The notes under the pieces are model-generated. The model saw only the letters and a list, made by a program, of their open reading frames with translations, had not been told where the DNA came from and searched no databases. From Balneolaceae bacterium (GTDB lineage: Bacteria > Bacteroidota > Rhodothermia > Balneolales > Balneolaceae), in NCBI GenBank assembly GCA_036381435.1, contig DASVCW010000045.1, positions 54,616 through 118,615 on the forward strand: a stretch of 64,000 nucleotides of DNA, written 5' to 3'. Shown piece by piece: positions 28,894 through 38,495 of the stretch. Made by a program: the position numbers and the translations under genes. The first letter of the stretch is position 1. Each line of letters starts with the position of its first letter.

Positions 28894-30753
28894 TTAATCA
28901 AGTTGAAATTCTTGTGTCCAGTCTATTTCCTCTTGCAGCTTTTTTTGCTCTCTTTTATCAAACAGGTAATTACCCATCACCAGGTAATCCATTTCGGTGC
29001 GCATAAAACATTGAAAGGCTTCGTCCGGAGTGCAGACAATCGGTTCACCCCGTACGTTAAAACTGGTATTTACCACCATTCCGCAACCTGTTTCTTTTTT
29101 AAATTCATTGATAAGGGACCAATATCTGGCATTCGATTCCTTATTCACGCTTTGCACCCGTGCCGAATAATCGATGTGGGTGATGGCAGGGATATCAGAC
29201 CGCTGGTGATACAGCTTGTCCAGCAAATCCATTTTGTCGTAGCCTTCGGGCAGGGGACAACGATGGCGTTCGGCTACCGGTGTAACTAAAAGCATGTAGG
29301 GTGAAGGCCGGTCGATGTCAAAATATTCCGTTATGTCTTCTTCGAGTACGGAAGGGGCAAACGGACGGAAACTTTCACGATATTTAATCTTAACATTCAT
29401 TTTTTTCTGCATTTCGGGGTTACGTGCATCGCCCAAAATGCTACGATTTCCTAATGCCCGGGGACCGTATTCCATTCGTCCCTGAAACCAACCGACTACA
29501 TTGCCATCTGCCAACAATTTTGCCGTTTCGGAGGCCAAATCATTAAAATTTTTGTGATAATTAAAAGGCGCTTCGTATTTACGCGCTACTTTTTTAATGG
29601 ATGAACCGTTGAAGCGGGGGCCCAGATAAGCACTTTTCATCTTATCAGGCTTGCCGTTCAATCTCCGGTCTTTTTTCATCCAGATATGCCAGGCAGAATA
29701 AGCCGCTCCAAGAGCTCCGCCGGCATCACCCGCAGCAGGTTGAATCCAGATATCTTCGAAAAGCCCTTCTTTTAAAAGCTTTCCGTTGGCCACACAATTT
29801 AAGGCCACTCCTCCGGCCAATACCAGGTAGGGGCTGCGGGTTAACTTTTTGGCTGTGCGGGCCAGTTTTAGCACGATCTCTTCTGTCACTTGTTGAATAG
29901 CCAGGGCCATGTTCATGTATTCCTGGGAGAGTTGACTCTCTTTTTGTCGAGGTGGGATACCGAATAGCTTTTCCCATTTTTTGTCATCAGCCATCCGTAA
30001 TCCGGTAGTAAATTTGAAATAATCCATATTGAAAAGCAGAGAGCCATCATCCCGGATATCCACTAACTCATCAATAATTTTTTGCCTGAACTCTTTGGTT
30101 TGGGCAGCATGAGGATTTCCATATGGAGCTAATCCCATCAGCTTGTATTCACCGCTATTGACTCTAAAACCGGTGTAGTAGGTAAAAGCCGAGTATAAAA
30201 GTCCCACAGAGTGAGGAAAATGTAGCTCTTTGAGTACTTTTATATCATTCCCCTTTCCATAGCCGATCATCGACGTGGCCCATTCGCCTACCCCATCGAT
30301 AGTGAGAATGGCGGCCTCCTGATAAGGAGACGGGTAAAAAGCGCTGGCAGCATGAGAAAGGTGATGCTCGGGAAACAACAGCGGTACGTCGCCGTCGCCC
30401 AATTTAGAAAGTTCGTCTTTGAGCATTTTTTTCATGAACAGCTTTTCCTTAATCCAAACCGGAATGGCGGACAAAAAGCTTTTGAGCCCTGAAGGAGCGA
30501 AGGCGTGGTAGGTTTCCAGCAGACGTTCGAACTTCAGGAATGGCTTGTCGTAAAAAGCAACGGCCGTCAGATCTTTGTAGTCAATACCCGCTTCTTCCAG
30601 CACGTATTTTGCCGCATTTTGTGGAAAAGACGAATCATGCTTTTTACGGGTGAAGCGTTCTTCGTGGGCCGCCGCGATTAGCTGTCCGTCAATTAAAATG
30701 GCAGCGGCACTGTCGTGATAGTAAGCAGAAATACCGAGTATGGTATCAGGCAT
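28894..30753 (-). CDS. O-carbamoyltransferase, NodU/CmcH/SxtI family
   Basis: 'LGISAYYHDSAA', 'EERFTRKKH', 'HHLSHAAS', 'GGVALNCVANG', 'GPRALGNRS', 'NTSFNVRGEPIV'. Confidence 0.95.
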   Translation of the reverse strand: MPDTILGISAYYHDSAAAILIDGQLIAAAHEERFTRKKHDSSFPQNAAKYVLEEAGIDYKDLTAVAFYDKPFLKFERLLETYHAFAPSGLKSFLSAIPVWIKEKLFMKKMLKDELSKLGDGDVPLLFPEHHLSHAASAFYPSPYQEAAILTIDGVGEWATSMIGYGKGNDIKVLKELHFPHSVGLLYSAFTYYTGFRVNSGEYKLMGLAPYGNPHAAQTKEFRQKIIDELVDIRDDGSLLFNMDYFKFTTGLRMADDKKWEKLFGIPPRQKESQLSQEYMNMALAIQQVTEEIVLKLARTAKKLTRSPYLVLAGGVALNCVANGKLLKEGLFEDIWIQPAAGDAGGALGAAYSAWHIWMKKDRRLNGKPDKMKSAYLGPRFNGSSIKKVARKYEAPFNYHKNFNDLASETAKLLADGNVVGWFQGRMEYGPRALGNRSILGDARNPEMQKKMNVKIKYRESFRPFAPSVLEEDITEYFDIDRPSPYMLLVTPVAERHRCPLPEGYDKMDLLDKLYHQRSDIPAITHIDYSARVQSVNKESNARYWSLINEFKKETGCGMVVNTSFNVRGEPIVCTPDEAFQCFMRTEMDYLVMGNYLFDKREQKKLQEEIDWTQEFQLD

Positions 30754-30775
30754 AGTACTTTTTAATGGTTAAATT

Positions 30776-30925
30776 CTAAAATACTGAGTAAATAAAGGGC
30801 GCTATCGCTGTTCCACTGGATAGAACGATGAGCACGCCAAAAAGCAGCAGCGTCAGGATAAGAGGGAGGAGCCAGAATTTTTTTCTTACTCTCAAAAATG
30901 ACCATAAGTCGGTTAGAAAGTTCAT
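30776..30925 (-). CDS. SxtK/DUF5989-like small membrane protein (49 aa), absent from the ORF track
   Basis: MNFLTDLWSFLRVRKKFWLLPLILTLLLFGVLIVLSSGTAIAPFIYSVF; the 'RKK.WL.P...APFIY..F' signature and its position beside a carbamoyltransferase. Confidence 0.85.
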   Translation of the reverse strand: MNFLTDLWSFLRVRKKFWLLPLILTLLLFGVLIVLSSGTAIAPFIYSVF

Positions 30926-30943
30926 AGTGCTTGATGAATAATT

Positions 30944-31357
30944 TTAAAATGGATTTTCTAAATCTTGAGCGGTATAGGTGTGATTACGAATTGAAAAAAC
31001 ACTGTCGCTCGTTTCGTTAAATTTCTTTAGTTGCATAGCATCTTTTCCAATCAGCCTTCGGAATAAACCAATAGGTATAACCAGCACCGCAAAAACAACA
31101 GACAGAATAATGGCCGACATTACGGTGCCAAGCAGAGCCGATAAGCCAAGCCAAAAAACGGCTATGGGATAAAATATTTTCGGATATACCATATTTATAA
31201 GCAAAACCGGTATAGCCAGCTTGTAGAAAAGCATCTGGCCGGTAAAAAAGCCAACCAACAGCAAAATTAGCACCATAGCCATACCGGTGTCGGTATTTTG
31301 TTTTGCCGAAATATCAGTTGAAAAAAAGCCAAAGTAGGTTGATTTACCCTTCTCCAT
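30944..31357 (-). CDS. SxtJ-family membrane protein
   Basis: Hydrophobic 137 aa with 'WLGLSALLG...PIGLFRRLIGKDAMQL...F'; adjacent to the SxtK-like gene and the carbamoyltransferase. Confidence 0.8.
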   Translation of the reverse strand: MEKGKSTYFGFFSTDISAKQNTDTGMAMVLILLLVGFFTGQMLFYKLAIPVLLINMVYPKIFYPIAVFWLGLSALLGTVMSAIILSVVFAVLVIPIGLFRRLIGKDAMQLKKFNETSDSVFSIRNHTYTAQDLENPF

Positions 31358-31398
31358 ATCTATAAAGTTTTAAGAAGTTGTCTCTCGTTTTGTTTCAG

Positions 31399-31416
31399 GT
31401 GCAATTAGTATGCCAA
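31399..31416 (-). promoter_or_regulatory. sigma-54 promoter for the sxtJ-sxtK-carbamoyltransferase-SGNH operon
   Basis: TTGGCATACTAATTGCAC, consensus match, 42 bp before the ATG. Confidence 0.8.
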
Positions 31417-31487
31417 CTGAATTCTTTTACTGTCATTCACCTTTAAACAGCAGAAAAGAAGGAGAGCAGAAAACTATCTGCGGTTGA

Positions 31488-31504
31488 TGTAACTTTTTTT
31501 CACA
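31488..31504. promoter_or_regulatory. candidate activator-binding site (TGT-N11-ACA)
   Basis: TGTAAC-TTTTT-TTCACA about 70-90 bp upstream of the 31399..31416 promoter. Confidence 0.4.
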
Positions 31505-31664
31505 AAAGGAGCCGGCTTTGTGCAAAAAGTTCAACAGTGAGGGTGTACTCCTTTCAGCAATGTACCTATCGTTGCTATTGTTACAGTCGAATTTTATTCT
31601 CTTAGAAATGTTATGTCTTAAGCTCATCCCTGTATGACTCTCATGGAAACATAAGAATGCTCTT

Positions 31665-31687
31665 CCCAAGCAGGTGCTTGGGGTTAC
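31665..31687 (-). repeat. short REP-like hairpin
   Basis: cccaagc-aggt-gcttggg-gttac, related to 4970..4992. Confidence 0.5.
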
Positions 31688-32044
31688 TTTCGATGAAGGA
31701 GAGATGGTTTCTTATTAATATTAATGATCATTCGGTTGAAGGACTGCGTTTTAAAAATTATTCCGGATTCAGCTTTCAGTATCATCCCGATTCATTAGAT
31801 AGTAACTTTCCTTTTCTCTTCACTCATTTTATAAACCTGCTTAAAATTGAGGCAAAGAGAAAAGGAAAAGTTGCCATTTATCAGTAATGCTTACATCTAA
31901 ATAGTTGTTTATCAAGTAGATATATTACACATGAATTATTTTGTCGAGAATAAATTTTACATTCATCTTCATCCTAAGTTTAAGATTTCCCGTCCTGTTT
32001 AATCTATTGCCTGCCTTTGTCTCATCCTAACTTTTCACTAACCG

Positions 32045-32062
32045 TTGGCACGTTTGTTGCGA
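32045..32062 (+). promoter_or_regulatory. sigma-54 promoter for the deacetylase-GT4-GT4-GH9-GT2 operon
   Basis: TTGGCACGTTTGTTGCGA, consensus match. Confidence 0.8.
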
Positions 32063-32103
32063 CATTAGGAATAGACAATTTTTAATACAAACGCATTGAG
32101 TGG

Positions 32104-32210
32104 TTAAAATTAAAAAATTGACCTGACAGCGTTTCAGCGTTTTTCTGGTTCCTGTCAGCGTCTCTTTATCAACAACGCTGTAAGGTCCTGTGGACGCTTA
32201 CAGGTTGTTT
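32104..32210. repeat. family C two-hairpin element, copy 1
   Basis: ctgacag...ctgtcag and aacaacgctgtaag-gtcc-tgt-ggac-gcttacaggttgtt; second copy at 56762..56865. Confidence 0.75.
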
Positions 32211-32279
32211 ATAACTCAACTCTCAATGCGTTGAATACAAATCATTCATCAAGCTTTAAATTATTTCAAGAAACTATTC

Positions 32280-33116
32280 ATGAATCGCTCGCGGAAAACC
32301 CCCAATATAAAAGTGCTGATGTATCACCGGTTAAGCAAAGAAAAACCGGAGAAGCTGGGTGATTTGCATGTGGTTCATGTTGATGATTTTCGGCGCCAGT
32401 TAAGACTAATTGAAGCTCTTAATTTCATGCCCATAACTTTTGAAGATTATCTTCTTTACCGGGAAGGAAAGTTAACGCTTCCTAAGAAGCCTATCATTCT
32501 AACTTTTGATGACGGTCATTTAGATACTTTTGAACTGGCGCTGCCCATTCTTAAAGAATTTGATATGCGGGCGGTGATTTTTGTACTTGGAAACAGAAAA
32601 CAACGCTACGCTCACTGGGAGAACAAGCACGATGAAACAAACTATCCGCTGATGGAGGATCAGCATATTATAGAAGCCAGAGAAGACGGTTTTGAAATCG
32701 GAGCACACTCCATGACACATGCCGATTTATCAAAGCTGGGACAAAAAGCCATGCAGCGAGAAATAAAAGGTTCTAAAGAATCTATTGAATCGCTATTGGG
32801 AGAATCTATTGTGAGTTTTGCTTATCCCTTTGGCGGTGTGGCAAGAAATGTAATATCCATTACCCAGCAGGCCGGTTTTAAGTATGGCTGTGGCGTTTAT
32901 ACCGGTCCTCCGAATTTCGGTGATGATAACTTTGATATCCGTAGATTAGCGATTACATCAAAAACCAACACAGCGGCTTTTTTAATGCGTTTGTTAACTC
33001 CTTATGAATATGTAGAGTGGTTTTACGGCAAAATGAAGCATAAGTATGTTTCCATTGATAATGAACCGGAGTTAAACACACCGGCAGTTAATTATGAACG
33101 GACGTTACGGCGATAG
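32280..33116 (+). CDS. NodB/CE4 polysaccharide deacetylase, no signal peptide
   Basis: 'LMYHR', 'TFDDG', 'HSMTH', 'FAYPFG'. Confidence 0.92.
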   Translation: MNRSRKTPNIKVLMYHRLSKEKPEKLGDLHVVHVDDFRRQLRLIEALNFMPITFEDYLLYREGKLTLPKKPIILTFDDGHLDTFELALPILKEFDMRAVIFVLGNRKQRYAHWENKHDETNYPLMEDQHIIEAREDGFEIGAHSMTHADLSKLGQKAMQREIKGSKESIESLLGESIVSFAYPFGGVARNVISITQQAGFKYGCGVYTGPPNFGDDNFDIRRLAITSKTNTAAFLMRLLTPYEYVEWFYGKMKHKYVSIDNEPELNTPAVNYERTLRR

Positions 33117-33124
33117 ATTTAGAA

Positions 33125-34246
33125 ATGGCTAAAACATCAGGAGTGAAAACACTCTACATTATATCGAAAGGGATTGACAAATTATCGGACGAGGAAATAA
33201 AGCGCCGGGAGGAGAAAAATATGCATCCCAGGTCTTCGAAACTGGAAGAAGCGCTTTCTGCTGAGGTGCTGGATGAACGCTACCTCTCTCAAAAAGTGCC
33301 TGCTATCAGGCGTCGGATATATAAATTTTTTCCTGTTGAACTGGCTCAAGTAATTGAAACATTAATCATTCATAAAAAATACGATGCAATTTATTCCGAA
33401 TCAGAGAGGGTAGGGTTTCCCCTTGCTCTGGTGATGAAATTTTTAAGAATAAAAACGCCGCATACTATGGTCATTGCCCGAATTACTTCAATGAATGAGA
33501 AGAGAGAGAAACAAAAAAAATGGTTCCTGGAGCAGACAAAAGAAACGGTTGATCTGTTCATTTTTTGGTCTTCGGTGCAGCGAAATATTGCGGTGAACGA
33601 GTTGGGTGTTTCACCCGAAAAAGCAAAATGGATAAGAAGGGGAATCGACCAGCGGTTTTGGCATCCGGTAAATACAGAAACAGATATGATTTGTTCGGCG
33701 GGTATGGAAATGCGCGATTATCCAACACTGGTTGAAGCTTTAAGGTCTTTAGATATTCCTTGTCATTTTGCGGTGGGCACTGCGAGGGGACAAATATTCG
33801 AAACGGTTCAAAGGTTATATAATGTGGATAGAATGCCGGAAAATATTACCGTAGGAAAAAAGTCTTACCGGGAACTTCGAAAATTATACGCGCGTAGTCG
33901 TTTCGTGGTGGTAGCCCTGTTACCGACGGATTCAGATAATGGGCTGACAACCATTTTAGAAGCTATGGCTATGGGAAAAGCAGTAATTTGCAGCCGGACA
34001 GAAGGCCAAATCGATGTAATTAAAGAGGGAGAGACCGGAATATATGTACCGGCCGGAGATCCTGCTGCTTTGCGAAATGCTATTATTGAGTTATGGAATG
34101 ATCCCGCTTTGGCTGAGAGAATGGGCAAAAAAGGCCGGGAACGAATAGAAAAATATTTTAGAGTAGAAGAATTTGCCGCAGATATTAGAGATGAAGTTTC
34201 AAGAGTGGTGAATGAGTCAAGAGTATTGAAGACTGCCCGGGCTTAA
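33125..34246 (+). CDS. GT4 glycosyltransferase
   Basis: 'LTTILEAMAMGKAVICS', 'GETGIYVPAGD'. Confidence 0.9.
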   Translation: MAKTSGVKTLYIISKGIDKLSDEEIKRREEKNMHPRSSKLEEALSAEVLDERYLSQKVPAIRRRIYKFFPVELAQVIETLIIHKKYDAIYSESERVGFPLALVMKFLRIKTPHTMVIARITSMNEKREKQKKWFLEQTKETVDLFIFWSSVQRNIAVNELGVSPEKAKWIRRGIDQRFWHPVNTETDMICSAGMEMRDYPTLVEALRSLDIPCHFAVGTARGQIFETVQRLYNVDRMPENITVGKKSYRELRKLYARSRFVVVALLPTDSDNGLTTILEAMAMGKAVICSRTEGQIDVIKEGETGIYVPAGDPAALRNAIIELWNDPALAERMGKKGRERIEKYFRVEEFAADIRDEVSRVVNESRVLKTARA

Positions 34247-34330
34247 TGGTCAATTATATCAGAAAGTGCGTTTCTGAAGCGGCAAAAATCAACGTAAACA
34301 GTAAAAGATAAAACCAATGCAGGTGCTATT

Positions 34331-35437
34331 TTGAGGACACTATTTTTAATTTCGAAGGGTATGAACAAACTATCAGATGAAGAGATCAGATTTTTGGAGG
34401 AAAGGGATTTATGTCCGCGAGTTTCATTATTAGAGGAGGAATTGAATACGCAACTGTTAGATGAACGATATTTACAAACTATTCCACTTATCAGGAAAAT
34501 GATTTATAAGCTATTGCCTGTCAACTTTGCCCTGATCATGGAGGCCTGGATTATTCACCGGCAGTATGATGCCGTTCTTTCGTATTACGAACGCGTAGGT
34601 TTGCCTTTCGCCTACTTACAAAAAATATTCGGCTCCGATACTCCTCACATTTTGCTCACTACCTGGCTTAGCTCAGATGCAAAAGTGTGGTTTCTAAAGC
34701 GGGTTCATGAAAAGCTATCAAAAATTGTGACCTGGTCATCTGTGCAGCGTGATTATGCCATTAACGAGATAGGCGTTTCACCCGAAAAAATTAAACTGCT
34801 AAAGCGCGGAACAGATCAAAAATTCTGGCGCCCGATGAAAGCAGAGACAGATATGATTTGCTCCGCTGGCATGGAGATGAGGGATTACCCCACAATGATA
34901 GAAGCACTAAAATCATTAGATATTCCTTGCCACATCGCCACCGGAAAAGCCCGGGGACAATTATTCGATACGGTTAAAAGGCTATACGAAATGGACGATA
35001 TCCCAAGGCACATTACCGTGGGCAGCAAATCGTATTTGCAAATGAGAGAGATGTATGCACGCAGCCGTTTTGTGGTGGTGCCGTTGCTTGAAACCGACAC
35101 CGATAACGGTTTAACAGTCATTCTGGAAGCTATGGCCATGGGCAAAGCGGTAATTTGTTCAGAAGTAGAGGGGCAAGTTGATGTGATTGAAGACGGCGTA
35201 ACCGGTGTTTATGTGCCACAGGGTGATGCAAAAGCACTTAGAAAGGCGATTCTTGATCTTTGGAATAATCCCGAAAAGGCTGAAAAAATGGGAAAAGCTG
35301 CTCGCGAACACATAGAAAAGGTTCATAATCTCGAGCAGTTTGTTGATGGAATTAAAGCAGAAATAACGAAAAAGACCAATGGCGTGCGCGAAACAGTCGG
35401 CAGCCTTGGTATAGAAAAAGCCAGTGTTGAAGTATGA
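34331..35437 (+). CDS. GT4 glycosyltransferase, tandem paralog (TTG start)
   Basis: Shares 'DMICSAGMEMRDYPT' and 'DNGLT.ILEAMAMGKAVICS' with 33125..34246. Confidence 0.9.
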   Translation: MRTLFLISKGMNKLSDEEIRFLEERDLCPRVSLLEEELNTQLLDERYLQTIPLIRKMIYKLLPVNFALIMEAWIIHRQYDAVLSYYERVGLPFAYLQKIFGSDTPHILLTTWLSSDAKVWFLKRVHEKLSKIVTWSSVQRDYAINEIGVSPEKIKLLKRGTDQKFWRPMKAETDMICSAGMEMRDYPTMIEALKSLDIPCHIATGKARGQLFDTVKRLYEMDDIPRHITVGSKSYLQMREMYARSRFVVVPLLETDTDNGLTVILEAMAMGKAVICSEVEGQVDVIEDGVTGVYVPQGDAKALRKAILDLWNNPEKAEKMGKAAREHIEKVHNLEQFVDGIKAEITKKTNGVRETVGSLGIEKASVEV

Positions 35438-37143
35438 AGAATATTATTATCGTATTGCTGCTTTGTTCTGTTTTAACGAGCTGTGGAGAGGACTCTTTTG
35501 AACCGTTCGTTGCCATAAATTTAGTGGGTTATAACTTGGACGATCCCAAAACAGCTTTTCTGGTTAATGCCCGTTCAGATTCTTTTGAAATTGTTAATGC
35601 AAGCAGTGAGGAAGTTTATTCAGGAAAAATTGCAGATCCGCTGCCGGTCGATTCTCTTTCAGGTGATCAGGTTTCGATCATTAATTTTTCGGATTTTCGC
35701 CAAAAGGGTGAATTTGTTATCCAAACCATGGGACCGGAAAAAATAAAATCACAGCCGTTTAGTATCGGGCAAAATTTATATAAAGATGTAGCTCTCACAA
35801 CTATCCAAAGTTATTATTATGCGCGCTGCGGTACTGCTATCGACAATGGAAATCCCTGGAAGCATCCTGTTTGTCACCTTGATGACGCCGTTTTTTGGGG
35901 CAATCCTGACCGGTATAAAAAAGTAACCGGCGGCTGGCATGATGCGGGGGACTATAACAAATTTTCAATCAACACTGCGCTTAGTGCCGGATTACTGCTG
36001 TACATTTACGAGATCAATTCGCAAGTATTCATTGATAATCAGTTTAACATACCCGAAGCAGATAACGGAACGCCGGATTTGCTTGACGAAGTTCGATGGG
36101 CGCTGGAATGGCTGATGAAAATGCAGAATAATGAAGGCGGGGTTTTTCATAAGGTTTCACAAAAGCATTGGGTGGGTGAATTTTTGCCGCAAAACGATCC
36201 CGAGGTGCGGTATATTTTTAAGGTAACCACCAATTCTACGGCTGGTTTTACGGCTGTTGCGGCTCTCGGTGCTCAACTTTTTGCACCCTTTGATACTGTT
36301 TTTGCAGATCAGCTTGCAAAGGCTGCTTTCAGAGGATGGCAGTATCTTCAGGAACATCCTGATATTCAGCCTTCTGGAGGGTTTGAAAATCCCCCGGGTG
36401 TCGTGGGCGGGGAGTATGCTGATGATCATGACAAGGATGTACGGCTTTGGGCCGCAATTGAGCTTTATAAACTGACGCAGGACGAAAAGTACCTGCAATA
36501 CTTCACCCGTACACTCGCTGATTACCAAATTGATAATTTGCCGCCTCTGAGCTGGAAAAATTTCGAAGTTCTCGCCTTAAGCGCCTTTTTAAATGCTGAT
36601 CTGCCCCGGGAATACCAAGAACAACAACAGCAAATTTATGATCTGCTCAACGGGCAGGCCAAACGGTTGCTAAAGCTTCATCAAGCAAATAATTATCGTC
36701 ACCTGCTGAAGGAAAATGAATTTTACTGGGGATCGAACAGCGTTAACCTGGCTTACGCTTTTGTTTTGATTCAGCTTTATGAGCAGAACGGAAATCAGGA
36801 ATATTATAGGGTGGCCTTAGATCAGTTGCATTATACGCTGGGAAGGAATCCTATGGATATTTCTTATGTAACAGGTATCGGGAATTCTTCGGTTCAAAAT
36901 CCCTACCACCAGTTTTCAGAAAAACTAGGCGTTGAAAAACCCGTTCCGGGAATGCTTGTCGGCGGTCCTAACAATCATCTTGATTTGAGGGGACATGATA
37001 TTTCCGACTATCCCGCTAAAAGTTATGAAGACCGTTTTAAAAACTATCTGGTTAATGAACCGGCTATAAATTATACGGCAATATTTGCCTATGTAGCAGG
37101 CTATTTTGCATCACCTCAAAAAGAATTTTTTACTAAACAATGA
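35434..37143 (+). CDS. GH9 endoglucanase-family lipoprotein with N-terminal Ig-like (CelD_N-type) domain
   Basis: Lipobox 'VLTSC'; 'GGWHDAGDY', 'LLDEVRWALEW', 'NEPAINYTA' catalytic motifs. Confidence 0.9.
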   Translation: MKNIIIVLLLCSVLTSCGEDSFEPFVAINLVGYNLDDPKTAFLVNARSDSFEIVNASSEEVYSGKIADPLPVDSLSGDQVSIINFSDFRQKGEFVIQTMGPEKIKSQPFSIGQNLYKDVALTTIQSYYYARCGTAIDNGNPWKHPVCHLDDAVFWGNPDRYKKVTGGWHDAGDYNKFSINTALSAGLLLYIYEINSQVFIDNQFNIPEADNGTPDLLDEVRWALEWLMKMQNNEGGVFHKVSQKHWVGEFLPQNDPEVRYIFKVTTNSTAGFTAVAALGAQLFAPFDTVFADQLAKAAFRGWQYLQEHPDIQPSGGFENPPGVVGGEYADDHDKDVRLWAAIELYKLTQDEKYLQYFTRTLADYQIDNLPPLSWKNFEVLALSAFLNADLPREYQEQQQQIYDLLNGQAKRLLKLHQANNYRHLLKENEFYWGSNSVNLAYAFVLIQLYEQNGNQEYYRVALDQLHYTLGRNPMDISYVTGIGNSSVQNPYHQFSEKLGVEKPVPGMLVGGPNNHLDLRGHDISDYPAKSYEDRFKNYLVNEPAINYTAIFAYVAGYFASPQKEFFTKQ

Positions 37144-38336
37144 TTATTTTCGAAATTGCACAATATTGTTTTGCAGTTGTAACAGGAGTATTGCTGGGCT
37201 ACCAGATGATGCTCAGCTTTTCGGCTCTTAAAGGGCGGAAAATAGAAGATTTTAAAACCGACCGTCAGCGGAAATTTGCTATCGTTATACCGGCACATAA
37301 CGAAGAAAAAGTAATAGCAAAAACGCTGTATAGTCTTGGTGCTCTTGTCTATCCCAAAAATTTATATGATTTGATTGTGGTGGCGGACAATTGTACCGAT
37401 AACACTGCCAAAATCGCCGGTAATCTGGGAGCTACCGTTCTTGAAAGAACCAACAAAGAAAAGCGCGGTAAAGGTTATGCCTTGCGCTGGGGATTTGACC
37501 GCATTTTGCAGGGGGATAAAAAGTATGATGCCGTAATTGTTTTTGATTCCGACAGCCTTGTCTCCGGTAATTACCTGGAAGTGATGAACTATTATATCAG
37601 TCAGGGAAGCAGGGTGATCCAGAGCAGTGACTTGGTTTTGCCGCAGTCGGGAGCCTGGAGTAGCGAAGCAACACGTATAGGTTTTCTGCTCTATAATTAT
37701 GTAAAACCAATTGGACGAAAAGTTTTGGGTTATGATATGGGTCTTCGCGGAAATGGTATGTGCTTTACTACTGATATACTGAAAGAGGTGCCGTGGCAGG
37801 CTTGGTCGCTAACGGAGGATGTTGAATATGGGCTAATTCTGATGCTTGAAAATATCCGCATTGATTTTGCTCCCGAGGCTGATGTTTGGGCAGAAATGCC
37901 GGCGAAGCCTAAAAATGCCGAGTCACAGCGAAAGCGATGGGAGATGGGCCGGTATCCTATTGTTCAAAAATATGCACCCAAATTGTTAATAGCTGCCATT
38001 CGCCAAAAATCATCCCGCTATATCGATACCCTAATCGATCTGGTAACACCACCTTTGGTAAACTTACTGCTATTTGTGTTAGTGATGGGCTTTTTAAACA
38101 TCATTTTATGGCTGTTCGGATGGAGTACTATTAATTTTCTGTTAATTTGGATTGGCGTGGCTTTGCTGGGCGTGCTTCATCTTTTTGTGGGATTATATGC
38201 TGCAGGAGCAGATAAAAATATCTATAAATCAATCTTATATATTCCAATGTATGCTTTTTGGAAGCTAAAATTATATGTAAAAGCTTTTACCGGAGGCACT
38301 GAACGCCATTGGGTGAAAACAAAGCGGGAGCACTGA
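37140..38336 (+). CDS. GT2 glycosyltransferase, membrane-bound (PgaC/cellulose-synthase-like)
   Basis: 'IPAHNEE', 'ADNCTD', 'FDSD', 'TED', 'QRKRW' motif, C-terminal TMs. Confidence 0.9.
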   Translation: MIIFEIAQYCFAVVTGVLLGYQMMLSFSALKGRKIEDFKTDRQRKFAIVIPAHNEEKVIAKTLYSLGALVYPKNLYDLIVVADNCTDNTAKIAGNLGATVLERTNKEKRGKGYALRWGFDRILQGDKKYDAVIVFDSDSLVSGNYLEVMNYYISQGSRVIQSSDLVLPQSGAWSSEATRIGFLLYNYVKPIGRKVLGYDMGLRGNGMCFTTDILKEVPWQAWSLTEDVEYGLILMLENIRIDFAPEADVWAEMPAKPKNAESQRKRWEMGRYPIVQKYAPKLLIAAIRQKSSRYIDTLIDLVTPPLVNLLLFVLVMGFLNIILWLFGWSTINFLLIWIGVALLGVLHLFVGLYAAGADKNIYKSILYIPMYAFWKLKLYVKAFTGGTERHWVKTKREH

Positions 38337-38356
38337 TTAGATAAACAAGTCATTTT

Positions 38357-38455
38357 AAGCCATTAAAATGGTTTCCTTTGGTTGGAATACTGTTAACCCC
38401 GGATTAATCCGGGGGTTAATGAAAAACATCAAGGAGTGAACCGTTTCAACGGTTT
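38357..38455. repeat. family D three-hairpin element, copy 1
   Basis: aagccattaaaatggttt, gttaaccccggattaatccgggggttaat, aaccgtttcaacggttt; copy at 63677..63775. Confidence 0.7.
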
Positions 38456-38495
38456 ATCAAGAATGATTTTTTTAACTTATAAATTCTAAAAAACT

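Noticed and set aside
26459-31357. Saxitoxin biosynthetic cluster
   Set aside because: Only the sxtI/J/K/L-like accessory module is present; no sxtA, sxtG, sxtB, sxtD or sxtU-like genes, and the context is polysaccharide synthesis.
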